Shown: piece after piece, positions 56,428 to 64,000 of the stretch
How positions within the stretch are numbered: position 1 is the first letter of the stretch
Layout: every line of letters starts with the position of its first letter
NCBI GenBank assembly: GCA_041653835.1
Contig: JBAZEP010000001.1
Coordinates: 19,082 to 83,081, forward strand
Origin: Candidatus Omnitrophota bacterium
GTDB taxonomy: Bacteria > Omnitrophota > Gorgyraeia > Gorgyraeales > Gorgyraeaceae
Length of the DNA: 64,000 nucleotides
Direction: 5' to 3'
Position numbers and translations under genes: made by a program
Notes under the pieces: model-generated
Told to the model about the DNA's origin: nothing
Databases searched by the model: none
The model's input: only the letters and a program-made list of their open reading frames with translations

Positions 56428-57590
56428 TGCACTACCCCCCTTACCTTGTTTTTCAGTTCTGTTAATTCGTTATCATCGGGTATCCACTGTATCTTCAGCC
56501 CTTTTACCGGCAATTCAAATTTAGCCGCTTCCAGGATATTCTCTATATCGCCCACGCTCTGGCCGCCCCAGCCGTAAGAACCGAACGCGATCCCGGTCCT
56601 GTTTTTAGGGGCGAGCCCTTTCATATAGGTAAGGAATGCCGAGACCGTGGGCAGCATGCCGTTATTCAATGTCGAAGAACCTACGCATATATATTTAGCT
56701 TCCAGGAGAGATGCCATTACATCCGATATATGGTTTGTCTGTAAGTTCTTTATCTCACACGGGATATTTTTTTCCTCGAAAACATCCATTATAGAATAAG
56801 CCATTTTTTCCGTGCTATGCCACATGGTGTCGTATATAACGATTGCTTTTTCTTTGCATATATTATCCGCCCATTTTTTGTAGCAGTCTATTATATCTTT
56901 CATATGGGTCCGCCATATCAACCCGTGGCTGGGCGCGATCATGGAAATGTCAACAGCCGAAAGGGCGTCCAACGCCTTATTCACCTGGCTGCCGTATGGT
57001 AAAACTATATTGGCGTAATATTTCGCCGCTTCTTCTTTAGCCCTGTCCCAGCCAAACTCATCTTCAAACCTCTCGCTGGACGCCACGTGCTGGCCGAACG
57101 CGTCATTGGGCAAAAGAAGCCTGTCCTCCGGGATATAGGTAGCCATGGAATCAGGCCAGTGGACCATGGGCATAAGGATAAATTTCAGGTTCCTCGCTCC
57201 TATATTGATGGAGTCTCCTGTATTAACTACCTTTAATTTCAGGTTTTCCTTGAAATGCTTTTTTAATTCTTTTTCGCCGTTAGGAGAACATACGATAACG
57301 GCGTTCTTCGCGATACCGGCCATGGCTGGGATACACCCCGAATGGTCCATTTCGGTATGACTGGATATTATATAGTCTATCCTGGAAGGGTCTATTACGC
57401 CTTTTATCCTCTCGAGCATCTCGTCAAACAAGTAATGTTTGACCGTATCCACGAGTACAATTTTCTCGTCTATTATCAGATAGGCATTATAAGTAGAGCC
57501 GAGACGCGTGGAATAACCATGAAAATTCCTCAACTCCCAATCTATACCGCCGACCCAATATACGCCTTTTTTGATCTCTAACGGTTTCAT
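56424..57590 (-). CDS. fprA: Flavodiiron protein (FprA / rubredoxin:oxygen oxidoreductase; NO/O2 reductase)
   Basis: Metallo-beta-lactamase-like diiron motif HTEMDH followed by a C-terminal flavodoxin domain. 388 aa. Confidence 0.9.
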   Translation of the reverse strand: MKPLEIKKGVYWVGGIDWELRNFHGYSTRLGSTYNAYLIIDEKIVLVDTVKHYLFDEMLERIKGVIDPSRIDYIISSHTEMDHSGCIPAMAGIAKNAVIVCSPNGEKELKKHFKENLKLKVVNTGDSINIGARNLKFILMPMVHWPDSMATYIPEDRLLLPNDAFGQHVASSERFEDEFGWDRAKEEAAKYYANIVLPYGSQVNKALDALSAVDISMIAPSHGLIWRTHMKDIIDCYKKWADNICKEKAIVIYDTMWHSTEKMAYSIMDVFEEKNIPCEIKNLQTNHISDVMASLLEAKYICVGSSTLNNGMLPTVSAFLTYMKGLAPKNRTGIAFGSYGWGGQSVGDIENILEAAKFELPVKGLKIQWIPDDNELTELKNKVRGVVQ

Positions 57591-57593
57591 GTT

Positions 57594-58286
57594 TTACACC
57601 TCTTTTATAAATTTGCTCTTTGACGCCCCGCACACTGGACAGACCCATGAATCAGGGATATCTTCGAAGGCCGTGCCGGGCTGGACACCGCCATCCGGGT
57701 CTCCCGCGTCCGGGTCGTATATATAACCGCACACAGTACATTTATATTTTTGCATGCTTCCTCCTTCGCGCCTGACACCTTCTTTTTTAATAAAGGTGGG
57801 CGCTGTATCGGGTGTAGTGCCGCGCTTTACCTGGTGGTAATAATCATACGTCATGGGTTTCCCTATCTTCAATACCTTCGAATCCGTCATCCTGCCTAGA
57901 AATAGCGTATGTGTAGCGCAATCAAGCCTGCCCATGACCTCCGCCTCGAGATAGCAGAGCGCGTTGTCCAGCGCCACAGGGCACCCTGAAGCCAGCTTTA
58001 TAAATTTAATGTCTTTGAATTTATCTTCCGACCTGCCTGACCTGAACCCGAACTTGCCTATAAAGCTCAGTGGTGTTTCCTCGGAAAGCATGGATACCGT
58101 AAACCTCTTACTGGATTCGATGTACTCATGCGTAAGGTTCTTTTTGTTGATGCTTGCGGCAATGGTTATGGGCTCGCTGGTAACCTGAAAAACAGTGTTC
58201 GCTATCTGGCCGTTAAGGAGCTCTTTCTTGTTCGAACTCACCACATACATGCCGTAACCTATATTGTGCAGGACATTTGGGTCCAT
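57594..58286 (-). CDS. Flavin reductase domain fused to C-terminal rubredoxin (high-molecular-weight rubredoxin, Hrb-like; FprA electron donor)
   Basis: N-terminal flavin_reduct fold. The C-terminal [10 protein letters not shown]...[10 protein letters not shown] is a classic rubredoxin CxxCG...CPxCG. Confidence 0.8.
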   Translation of the reverse strand: MDPNVLHNIGYGMYVVSSNKKELLNGQIANTVFQVTSEPITIAASINKKNLTHEYIESSKRFTVSMLSEETPLSFIGKFGFRSGRSEDKFKDIKFIKLASGCPVALDNALCYLEAEVMGRLDCATHTLFLGRMTDSKVLKIGKPMTYDYYHQVKRGTTPDTAPTFIKKEGVRREGGSMQKYKCTVCGYIYDPDAGDPDGGVQPGTAFEDIPDSWVCPVCGASKSKFIKEV

Positions 58287-58295
58287 AAGGTTCCT

Positions 58296-59588
58296 TTATT
58301 TCTTTAATATCCTCTCAAGATCGTCTTTCGGGTTCGCTGTCAACCTCAGGTCAAATTTTTTCTGAAGCAGGGCAAATACATTCTTTGACAGAAAAGCCGG
58401 CGGGGTAGGCCCTATATACATGCCCCTGATATCAAGATACAACAAACTCAAAAGAATCGCAACCGCTTTTTGCTCGAACCATGACAATACCAGCGTCAAT
58501 GGCAGGCTGTTAAGATCTGTCTTAAACGCGCCTGCCAGCGCTTGGGCGATCTTGACCGCGGAATAAGCGTTATTACACTGGCCCACGTCGAGCAACCGCG
58601 GTATGCCTCCTATATCGCCGAAATCGAGCTTATTGAACCGGTATTTTCCGCAGGCAAGAGTGAGTATGACACAATCCTTGGGGACCATCTCGGCAAATTC
58701 TGTGTAATAATTCCTGCCGGGTTTCGCGCCATCACACCCGCCTATCAAAAAGAAATGTTTTATCTTCCCGGTTTTTACCGCGTCGATGATCTTATCAGCG
58801 AGAGCCAAAACCGCGGTATGGTGGAAACCTGTCATTATTTTCTTTCCCGGTTCGTCTTTCAGTGAAGGCAGGCCCTTTGCCTTTTCTATCAATTCGCTGA
58901 AATCCTTCCTGTCTTTTACGCGCCTTGACCCGGACACGCCTGTTATACCTATAGTAAACAACCTGTCCAGGTAACTGTTCTCAGGCGGTATTAAAACGCA
59001 GTTCGTCGTGACTAAAATAGCCCCGGGGAATTCCCTGAATTCTTTTTTCTGTTCCTGCCATGCCCCGCCGTAATTACCCGCGAGGTGCTTGAATTTTTTA
59101 AGCTCGGGATAACCGTGCGCGGGCAACATCTCCCCGTGCGTATAGACATTGATGCCCGTTCCTTCGGTTTGTCTCAACAATTCATACAGGTCCAGGAGGT
59201 CATGGCCTGTCACTAGTATTGCCGGGCCTTTTCTTGTGCCTGTCTCAACCGCTGTAGGCACAGGATTACCGAATCTTTGGGTATGCGCCTTGTCCAGGAG
59301 TTCCATTACCTTGATATTGATATAACCGCACCTCAAAACCATCTCGATATACTGGTCAAGGTCAAAACTTACATTGGTAATGGTCTTGAATAAGGCCTCG
59401 TGCATAAACGCGTCCACCTCTTCATCTATCGCGCCCAGTTCTCTGGCGTGATAAGCGTACGCGGCAATGCCTTTCAGCCCGAATAACAGTGTGTCCTGTA
59501 AACTCTGGACATCCTCGTTCTTACCGCACACCCCGATCTTTGTGCATCCTGTGCCGCCCGCTGTCTGTTCACACTGATAACAAAACAT
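58296..59588 (-). CDS. hcp: Hybrid cluster protein (hydroxylamine reductase), short class
   Basis: N-terminal MFCYQCEQTAGGTGCTKIGVCGK cubane-cluster motif. 430 aa, consistent with the short (class 3) Hcp. Confidence 0.9.
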   Translation of the reverse strand: MFCYQCEQTAGGTGCTKIGVCGKNEDVQSLQDTLLFGLKGIAAYAYHARELGAIDEEVDAFMHEALFKTITNVSFDLDQYIEMVLRCGYINIKVMELLDKAHTQRFGNPVPTAVETGTRKGPAILVTGHDLLDLYELLRQTEGTGINVYTHGEMLPAHGYPELKKFKHLAGNYGGAWQEQKKEFREFPGAILVTTNCVLIPPENSYLDRLFTIGITGVSGSRRVKDRKDFSELIEKAKGLPSLKDEPGKKIMTGFHHTAVLALADKIIDAVKTGKIKHFFLIGGCDGAKPGRNYYTEFAEMVPKDCVILTLACGKYRFNKLDFGDIGGIPRLLDVGQCNNAYSAVKIAQALAGAFKTDLNSLPLTLVLSWFEQKAVAILLSLLYLDIRGMYIGPTPPAFLSKNVFALLQKKFDLRLTANPKDDLERILKK

Positions 59589-59591
59589 TTT

Positions 59592-59843
59592 TTATCCTCC
59601 GGGTTTTATATTTCTGTTCTTGTATTTATTATATTTTTCTTCGCCTACGCATTCTTTCGCCATGCTGCACCAGTCAAGGCAGGAACCCGGCAGGCACCTG
59701 GCCGCCTTTTTCCCGCAATGGGGACATGTTGTTTCCACTTCATCAGACCATATCTCTATCTCTTTCCCGCATGAACATTTTATGTTTTCGGGAAAGGGTT
59801 CTTTTATCCTTTTGGAACCCGGGCACGTGTCGAAGAAACTCAT
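59592..59843 (-). CDS. Small Cys-rich protein (9 Cys, zinc-ribbon-like CSCG...CPHCG plus CxxxxC/CxxxC)
   Basis: 83 aa between hcp and the Fe-S protein gene, with 4-nt overlaps on both sides. No family was recognised. Confidence 0.4.
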   Translation of the reverse strand: MSFFDTCPGSKRIKEPFPENIKCSCGKEIEIWSDEVETTCPHCGKKAARCLPGSCLDWCSMAKECVGEEKYNKYKNRNIKPGG

Positions 59844-60553
59844 TTTACACCGCCCTGGATGCCTATTGTGATCTCTTTAAGCGCCGGTTTTTTGCCGGAT
59901 AATCTTACCGCCTCATCCACTACGCGGTTCAAGCCGAAACAACACGGCACTTCCATGTGCGCTATTGTCACGCTCTTTATGTCGTTGGCCTTAAATATCC
60001 CTGCCAGTTTCTCGATGTATAGCCCGGCGTCATCAAGCTTTGGACAGCAGATGATAAGCGCCTTTCCTTTCAGTATATCGCGGTGGAAATCCGGATAGGA
60101 AAATCCAACGCAATCAGCCGCTATAAGTAAGTCCGCGCTTTTAAGATACGGCGCCTCCGCAGGGACCAGCATCAGCTGGACCGGCCAGTTCGCGAGCTCG
60201 GAAAGGGTTTTTTCCGTTTTCGCGGCATTAGCGCCCGCGCCACCGGCTTTCAGCGTCCTGACCATTGTCCCGGGACATCCGAAAACTGGTTTTTTATCTT
60301 CCCGCTTTTTTATCTCCGCCAGATGCCTCTTCGTCTCTTTCTCATCAAACACAGCCGCGTCCCTTTCCTCTATAGTAATAGCCCCTTCCGGGCAATGGCC
60401 AAGGCACGCGCCTAATCCGTCACAATAGATATCCTTGACAAGCCTGGCCTTGCCGTCCACTATCCGGAGCGCGCCCTCGGCGCAATTCGGGACGCATAAA
60501 CCGCATCCGGTGCATTTTTCCTCGTCTATTTTTACGATCTGGCGTTTTGCCAT
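59840..60553 (-). CDS. Iron-sulfur protein: N-terminal 2x[4Fe-4S] ferredoxin domain + Cys-containing C-terminal domain
   Basis: CTGCGLCVPNC and CDGLGACLGHCP cluster motifs. The C-terminus has CCPKLDD and VPCCFG motifs. It sits in the hcp operon. Confidence 0.55.
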   Translation of the reverse strand: MAKRQIVKIDEEKCTGCGLCVPNCAEGALRIVDGKARLVKDIYCDGLGACLGHCPEGAITIEERDAAVFDEKETKRHLAEIKKREDKKPVFGCPGTMVRTLKAGGAGANAAKTEKTLSELANWPVQLMLVPAEAPYLKSADLLIAADCVGFSYPDFHRDILKGKALIICCPKLDDAGLYIEKLAGIFKANDIKSVTIAHMEVPCCFGLNRVVDEAVRLSGKKPALKEITIGIQGGVK

Positions 60554-60555
60554 AC

Positions 60556-60966
60556 CTACCTCGCCAAAGACCTTATGGTTATCCTATCCAGCTCTTTCAC
60601 TACAACCGCGTTGACCGCCTTCATCTTTTTTCTTAAAGGGCACGCGCTTCTCTCAGGGCAGATCTTTCCTTTAAGCAAACAGTTAGTAAGGTCTATCCTT
60701 CCCTGGAATATATTCATTATATCCGTTATCCTTATATTTTCCGGCCTGGACAAAAACATAAAGCCGCCCGCGTTGCCTTTATAGGAAGCCAGTACCTTCC
60801 TCTCCGCCAGCCTCTGCAGTATCCTTCTTAAAAATACCTTGGGAAGTTTTTCGGAACGCACTATATCTTCCACCGTCACTACCTTTTTGTCTTTCCGCGA
60901 CAGGGCCTTTGACATGTATATCAATGCCCTCAGCGCGTAATCCGTGTCCCTCGTCATAAATCTCAT
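60556..60966 (-). CDS. Rrf2-family transcriptional regulator (NsrR/IscR-like, 3-Cys Fe-S ligand motif)
   Basis: Winged HTH N-terminus (DYALRALIYM...). The C-terminus CLLKGKICPERSACP is the CX6CX5C cluster-ligand spacing of NsrR/IscR. It lies upstream of hcp, as in NsrR regulons. Confidence 0.8.
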   Translation of the reverse strand: MRFMTRDTDYALRALIYMSKALSRKDKKVVTVEDIVRSEKLPKVFLRRILQRLAERKVLASYKGNAGGFMFLSRPENIRITDIMNIFQGRIDLTNCLLKGKICPERSACPLRKKMKAVNAVVVKELDRITIRSLAR

Positions 60967-61037
60967 GCGGACTCCCTTTCAAATGATACTATTTTAGTAT
61001 CATATACAAGGATTGTCAAGCAAAAAATGTAAAAAGA

Positions 61038-61274
61038 TCAAACCGCCCTTACATATATGCATGACGCCAGTTCCTTGTCCACCGCGAACTGGCTCTTGTG
61101 TATCTGGAAAACAAATGAAGGAAACTTCTGTATAAGAACGATGTCGGCGTCAGGAAGAGCGCCTATGGCTATTATCCTCTGGAGCGTCGCGTTATCCTCT
61201 GTTTTTATATGCGATATCTTCGCTTTTTTATGCGGTTCCAGCTTCGTCAACGGTATTATTACGGCAGGTTTCAT
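61038..61274 (-). CDS. feoA: Ferrous iron transport protein A
   Basis: 78 aa with an SH3-like FeoA fold (LTKLEPHKKAKISHI...). It overlaps the feoB-C start by 4 nt. Confidence 0.75.
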   Translation of the reverse strand: MKPAVIIPLTKLEPHKKAKISHIKTEDNATLQRIIAIGALPDADIVLIQKFPSFVFQIHKSQFAVDKELASCIYVRAV

Positions 61275-62722
61275 AGTGTAACTCCCATACTTCTGAGGAT
61301 CATGTTCAGGGCATACGCAGCGCTGAAAGAGAAGACCAGTACGAACACCGATATCCCGATGCCCATTTTCCAGCCCCGTTCTTTTATGTTCATCAGGAAC
61401 TGCGCTATGCAGGGCAGGAATAACGTAAGCGCCACGCAGCTGACCACCAGCTGAACGCCGTCCAACTTTCCATGAGTGCTCATGTCATAAAGCCCTGCCG
61501 CGCCGTAATCACGCCTGAAAAAACCGAACAGGAATACCTTGGAGGCCTCGGAAGGTAAGCCTATGGCCTCCACCGGCCCTTTTAAAATATTTATAAGAAA
61601 ATCGAATAAATGGATAAGCCTGCCGAGCCATATCAAAAAACTTGCCCACAGGAAAAGCGGCATTATTTCCTTAAAATACCATTTTACCCTTACATAGGTT
61701 TTCACGATGACATTGGATAGATTAGGTATCCTGAGCGGGGGTATCTCCATATAAAAGGAAGGCCTTTCCCCCGGCAATATCTTCGAAGTCAGATAGCCCA
61801 CCAGCAGGAATATTGATCCTACCACAACCGCCCATAAGAGCATCGCCCTCGAATTATGCTGCAATAAAGCCATGATGACGCCGAGCTGCGCCGAGCACGG
61901 CACGGCAAGCGCGAGCAGTAACGTCGCGATAATGCGCTCCCTTTTGGTAGGCAATATACGCGTAACCATCGTAGCCATGGTAGCGCATCCGAAACCGAGA
62001 ACCATCGGTATTACCGCGCGGCCGCTAAGGCCTATCTTCTTAAAAGTCCTGTCTATAAGCATGGCTATCCTCGGCAGATAACCCGAATCCTCTATCAGCG
62101 AAAACACCAGGAAAAAGAAAGATGTTATCGGAAGTATTATAGCGAAGGCATACCTGAAAGCCATGGTAACAATGCCGTATTCGCCTATAAACAATTCATG
62201 CAAAAATTTCCACGGGATAAACCTTAACGTAACGGTTTCCGCGAAAGGCGTTATATACCTGTCAAATACACGAACCTCTATAAAATCTACCACCATGCCC
62301 GCGCCGAACTGGCCCACGAATTTATAAAGCCCTATATAAAGCGTGAGGAAAAGCAGCGGTATGCCCAGCAACGGGTTCATTACCAGCCTGCTTAACCTTT
62401 CCCCCAGGCTTATCCTGTCTTTTCCGAATTTTACCGTCTTCTTCACGATATCGCTTACCTCATCCTGCCTCCCGACAGCCAATTCATACGATATGTGGTT
62501 TTTATAATATTTCTTCGTGTCCGCGACTATTTCGCTTATACGGTTAAAATTGACAATGTCTTTTTCCCTGACCAGGCTTTTGATGCCGTCGTCTTCCTGT
62601 AAAAGAAGGATCGCGATAGAACGGGGCGAGAGATAATAGTCGTACCGTAACAGCTCCGCTATCTTTTCTATCGCCATTTCTATGGAATTTTCTATCGGGC
62701 CTTTATAGTCTCTTGTTTCCAT
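61271..62722 (-). CDS. feoB: Ferrous iron transporter FeoB, helical (GDI) + membrane permease portion (split gene, C-terminal ORF)
   Basis: The first ~110 aa match the FeoB GDI/helical domain, followed by polytopic permease domains with Gate motifs. It overlaps the G-domain ORF by 20 nt in another frame. Confidence 0.8.
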   Translation of the reverse strand: METRDYKGPIENSIEMAIEKIAELLRYDYYLSPRSIAILLLQEDDGIKSLVREKDIVNFNRISEIVADTKKYYKNHISYELAVGRQDEVSDIVKKTVKFGKDRISLGERLSRLVMNPLLGIPLLFLTLYIGLYKFVGQFGAGMVVDFIEVRVFDRYITPFAETVTLRFIPWKFLHELFIGEYGIVTMAFRYAFAIILPITSFFFLVFSLIEDSGYLPRIAMLIDRTFKKIGLSGRAVIPMVLGFGCATMATMVTRILPTKRERIIATLLLALAVPCSAQLGVIMALLQHNSRAMLLWAVVVGSIFLLVGYLTSKILPGERPSFYMEIPPLRIPNLSNVIVKTYVRVKWYFKEIMPLFLWASFLIWLGRLIHLFDFLINILKGPVEAIGLPSEASKVFLFGFFRRDYGAAGLYDMSTHGKLDGVQLVVSCVALTLFLPCIAQFLMNIKERGWKMGIGISVFVLVFSFSAAYALNMILRSMGVTL

Positions 62723-63206
62723 ACTCGCCTATCTTTTTTTTCAAATCATCCATACCCTTGCCTACTATCGAAACCGCGGGTATCACGGGTATCTTCAATT
62801 CTTTCTCGAGGACAGCCGTGTCCACCGAGATCCCTTCGTTTATCGCCTCGTCCATTATGTTCAGTACCAGTATGACATTCAAGCCCGCCTCAATAAGCTG
62901 AAGCGTCAAAATAAGCATCCTCTGGAGGTTTTTGGTGTCTATCACATGCACGATAACCCCCGGCCTCTCGTGTATCAATATATCCCTCGCCACCTTCTCC
63001 TCTTCGGTTATGCTGTATAACGAATACATGCCGGGCGTGTCTATCACCTCATATTCGACGCCGTCCAGGGTCATCTTCCCCCTGGAAACTTCCACGGTGG
63101 TGCCCGGGTAATTGGACACGACCGCGTATTGTTTCGTAAGATTATTGAACACTACGCTCTTCCCTACATTCGGATTCCCTACTATAGCTATCTTTTTAAT
63201 ATCCAT
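62703..63206 (-). CDS. feoB: Ferrous iron transporter FeoB, N-terminal G-protein domain (split gene, N-terminal ORF)
   Basis: G1 GNPNVGKS, G2 T, G3 DTPG, G4 NIMD. It ends ...DDLKKKIGEYGNKRL, just after an A8 run. Confidence 0.8.
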   Translation of the reverse strand: MDIKKIAIVGNPNVGKSVVFNNLTKQYAVVSNYPGTTVEVSRGKMTLDGVEYEVIDTPGMYSLYSITEEEKVARDILIHERPGVIVHVIDTKNLQRMLILTLQLIEAGLNVILVLNIMDEAINEGISVDTAVLEKELKIPVIPAVSIVGKGMDDLKKKIGEYGNKRL

Positions 63207-63210
63207 GCCC

Positions 63211-64000
63211 TTAAAATATCCCGTCCACGGCCGTGCCGCATTTGGGACAGCGGCCGTTATTTATATTGTTTTCTTTGATCTCGAAAACCGCTCTTTTTAT
63301 CAAACGGTTTTTACAATTATAACAATATGTGTCATTTCCTTCCAGTACATTTCCCAAATAAATATAACGCAGGCCGGCTTTTTCGCCCACAGCCTTCGCT
63401 GTCTTTAAAGTTTCCAGGGGCGTCGGGCCTGAATCCAGGTATTTATAATCGGGATGGAACCTGGAGACATGCCATGGTATATCCGTTCCTGTCCCGGCTA
63501 TAAATCCCGCGATGCCTTCCAATTCTTCCTTCGAATCGTTCTGGCCCGGGATGATCAAAGTGGTAACCTCGACCCACACGCCTGATTTTTTCATTGCCTT
63601 TATGGTCTCAAGCACGGGTTCCAGCCGGGCCTTGCAGAGTTTCGCGTAATAATCCTCGCTGAACGCCTTGAGGTCCACGTTGGCGCTGTCCAGGTAAGGC
63701 CTGATGGTATTGAGCGCCTCGGGCGTCATGTATCCGTTTGTCACGAAATTATTATAGAGCCCGCGCTCTTTCGCGAGTTTAGCCGTGTCATAAGCGTATT
63801 CAAAAAATATCGTGGGTTCCGTGTAGGTATAGGATATGCTTTTGCATCCTGCCGCTACAGCGGCCTCGACTATATCTTCAGGCTTTGTCTCTCCCTCCGA
63901 GGCTGCATTGTCCATTTTCGAAAGCTGGGATATCTCCCAGTTCTGGCAGAACGGGCACTTGAAATTACATCCTATGGTAGCTATCGAATACGACATCGAG
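63211..64000 (-). CDS. AmmeMemoRadiSam-system-type radical SAM enzyme (N-terminus truncated by window end)
   Basis: CNFKCPFCQNW, the CxxxCxxC radical SAM motif, lies 9 aa from the first Met. In this family about 70 aa precede the motif. The C-terminal CYNCKNR...CPKCG is a zinc ribbon. Confidence 0.75.
   Translation of the reverse strand, partial: SMSYSIATIGCNFKCPFCQNWEISQLSKMDNAASEGETKPEDIVEAAVAAGCKSISYTYTEPTIFFEYAYDTAKLAKERGLYNNFVTNGYMTPEALNTIRPYLDSANVDLKAFSEDYYAKLCKARLEPVLETIKAMKKSGVWVEVTTLIIPGQNDSKEELEGIAGFIAGTGTDIPWHVSRFHPDYKYLDSGPTPLETLKTAKAVGEKAGLRYIYLGNVLEGNDTYCYNCKNRLIKRAVFEIKENNINNGRCPKCGTAVDGIF

Noticed and set aside
62703-62722. Is the FeoB split a simple homopolymer sequencing error?
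   Set aside because: Could not be confirmed. A +1 or -1 change in the A8 run still leaves a stop codon in every frame, so no single-base correction in the run fuses the ORFs. It is left as an open finding rather than called a pseudogene.
1-64000. Searched intergenic regions for tRNA, rRNA, tmRNA or RNase P-like sequences and for IS/transposase genes.
   Set aside because: All intergenic gaps are under 220 nt and are occupied by hairpins or promoters. No cloverleaf-compatible sequence or transposase-like ORF was seen.

Overview
The window is a 64 kb chromosomal segment (roughly mid-40s % GC) that looks like it comes from an uncultivated, anaerobic, diderm bacterium. Coding density is high and most genes run on the minus strand in operon-like runs with 1-4 nt stop/start overlaps.

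Gene content, from the start of the window:
- A type IV pilus / T2SS-like locus: a PilO-like fragment, a PilM-PilN fusion, a 61-aa HTH regulator, a 615-aa surface protein and a 1057-aa GspK-like pseudopilin.
- A membrane protein, phosphoglycerate mutase, and a 1618-aa secreted GH13 alpha-amylase fused to an alpha-glucan phosphorylase/synthase-like domain.
- dCTP deaminase and a B12-dependent class II ribonucleotide reductase.
- A complete aerotolerance operon (MoxR, DUF58, DUF167, DUF4381-like, BatA-BatE), then HtpX.
- A UvrD helicase fused to a Cas4-type Fe-S nuclease, a flavin reductase, a near-leaderless NSS transporter, endonuclease III, and a GlcD-like dehydrogenase with a LarA-like gene.
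- NAD synthetase, Era, and a nickel locus: NikR, a porin, and an ECF CbiM-PDGLE-CbiQ-CbiO transporter.
- A GH5 glycanase with a large phosphorylase-like protein.
- An oxygen/NO-detoxification island: Ogg, glutaredoxin, ferritin-like protein, flavoprotein, rubrerythrin, FprA, flavin-reductase-rubredoxin, Hcp, a Cys-rich peptide, an Fe-S protein, an Rrf2/NsrR-like regulator, FeoA, a split FeoB and a truncated radical SAM gene.

No rRNA, tRNA, CRISPR array or transposase gene was recognised.

The most unusual signals are non-coding:
(i) A ~70-nt structured leader element occurs three times, immediately 5' of the Shine-Dalgarno/start codon of unrelated minus-strand genes. Its copies show compensatory stem changes.
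(ii) Three intergenic hairpins have different perfect 12-bp stems around an identical 11-nt palindromic core, TGACACTGTCA.
(iii) Paired ~55-bp elements with shared termini, CCCCRTTCCAAA...TTTGGAACGGGG, sit in the 5' leaders of the two pilus operons.
(iv) Twin 15-bp palindromes sit beside a perfect consensus promoter that drives the near-leaderless transporter mRNA.
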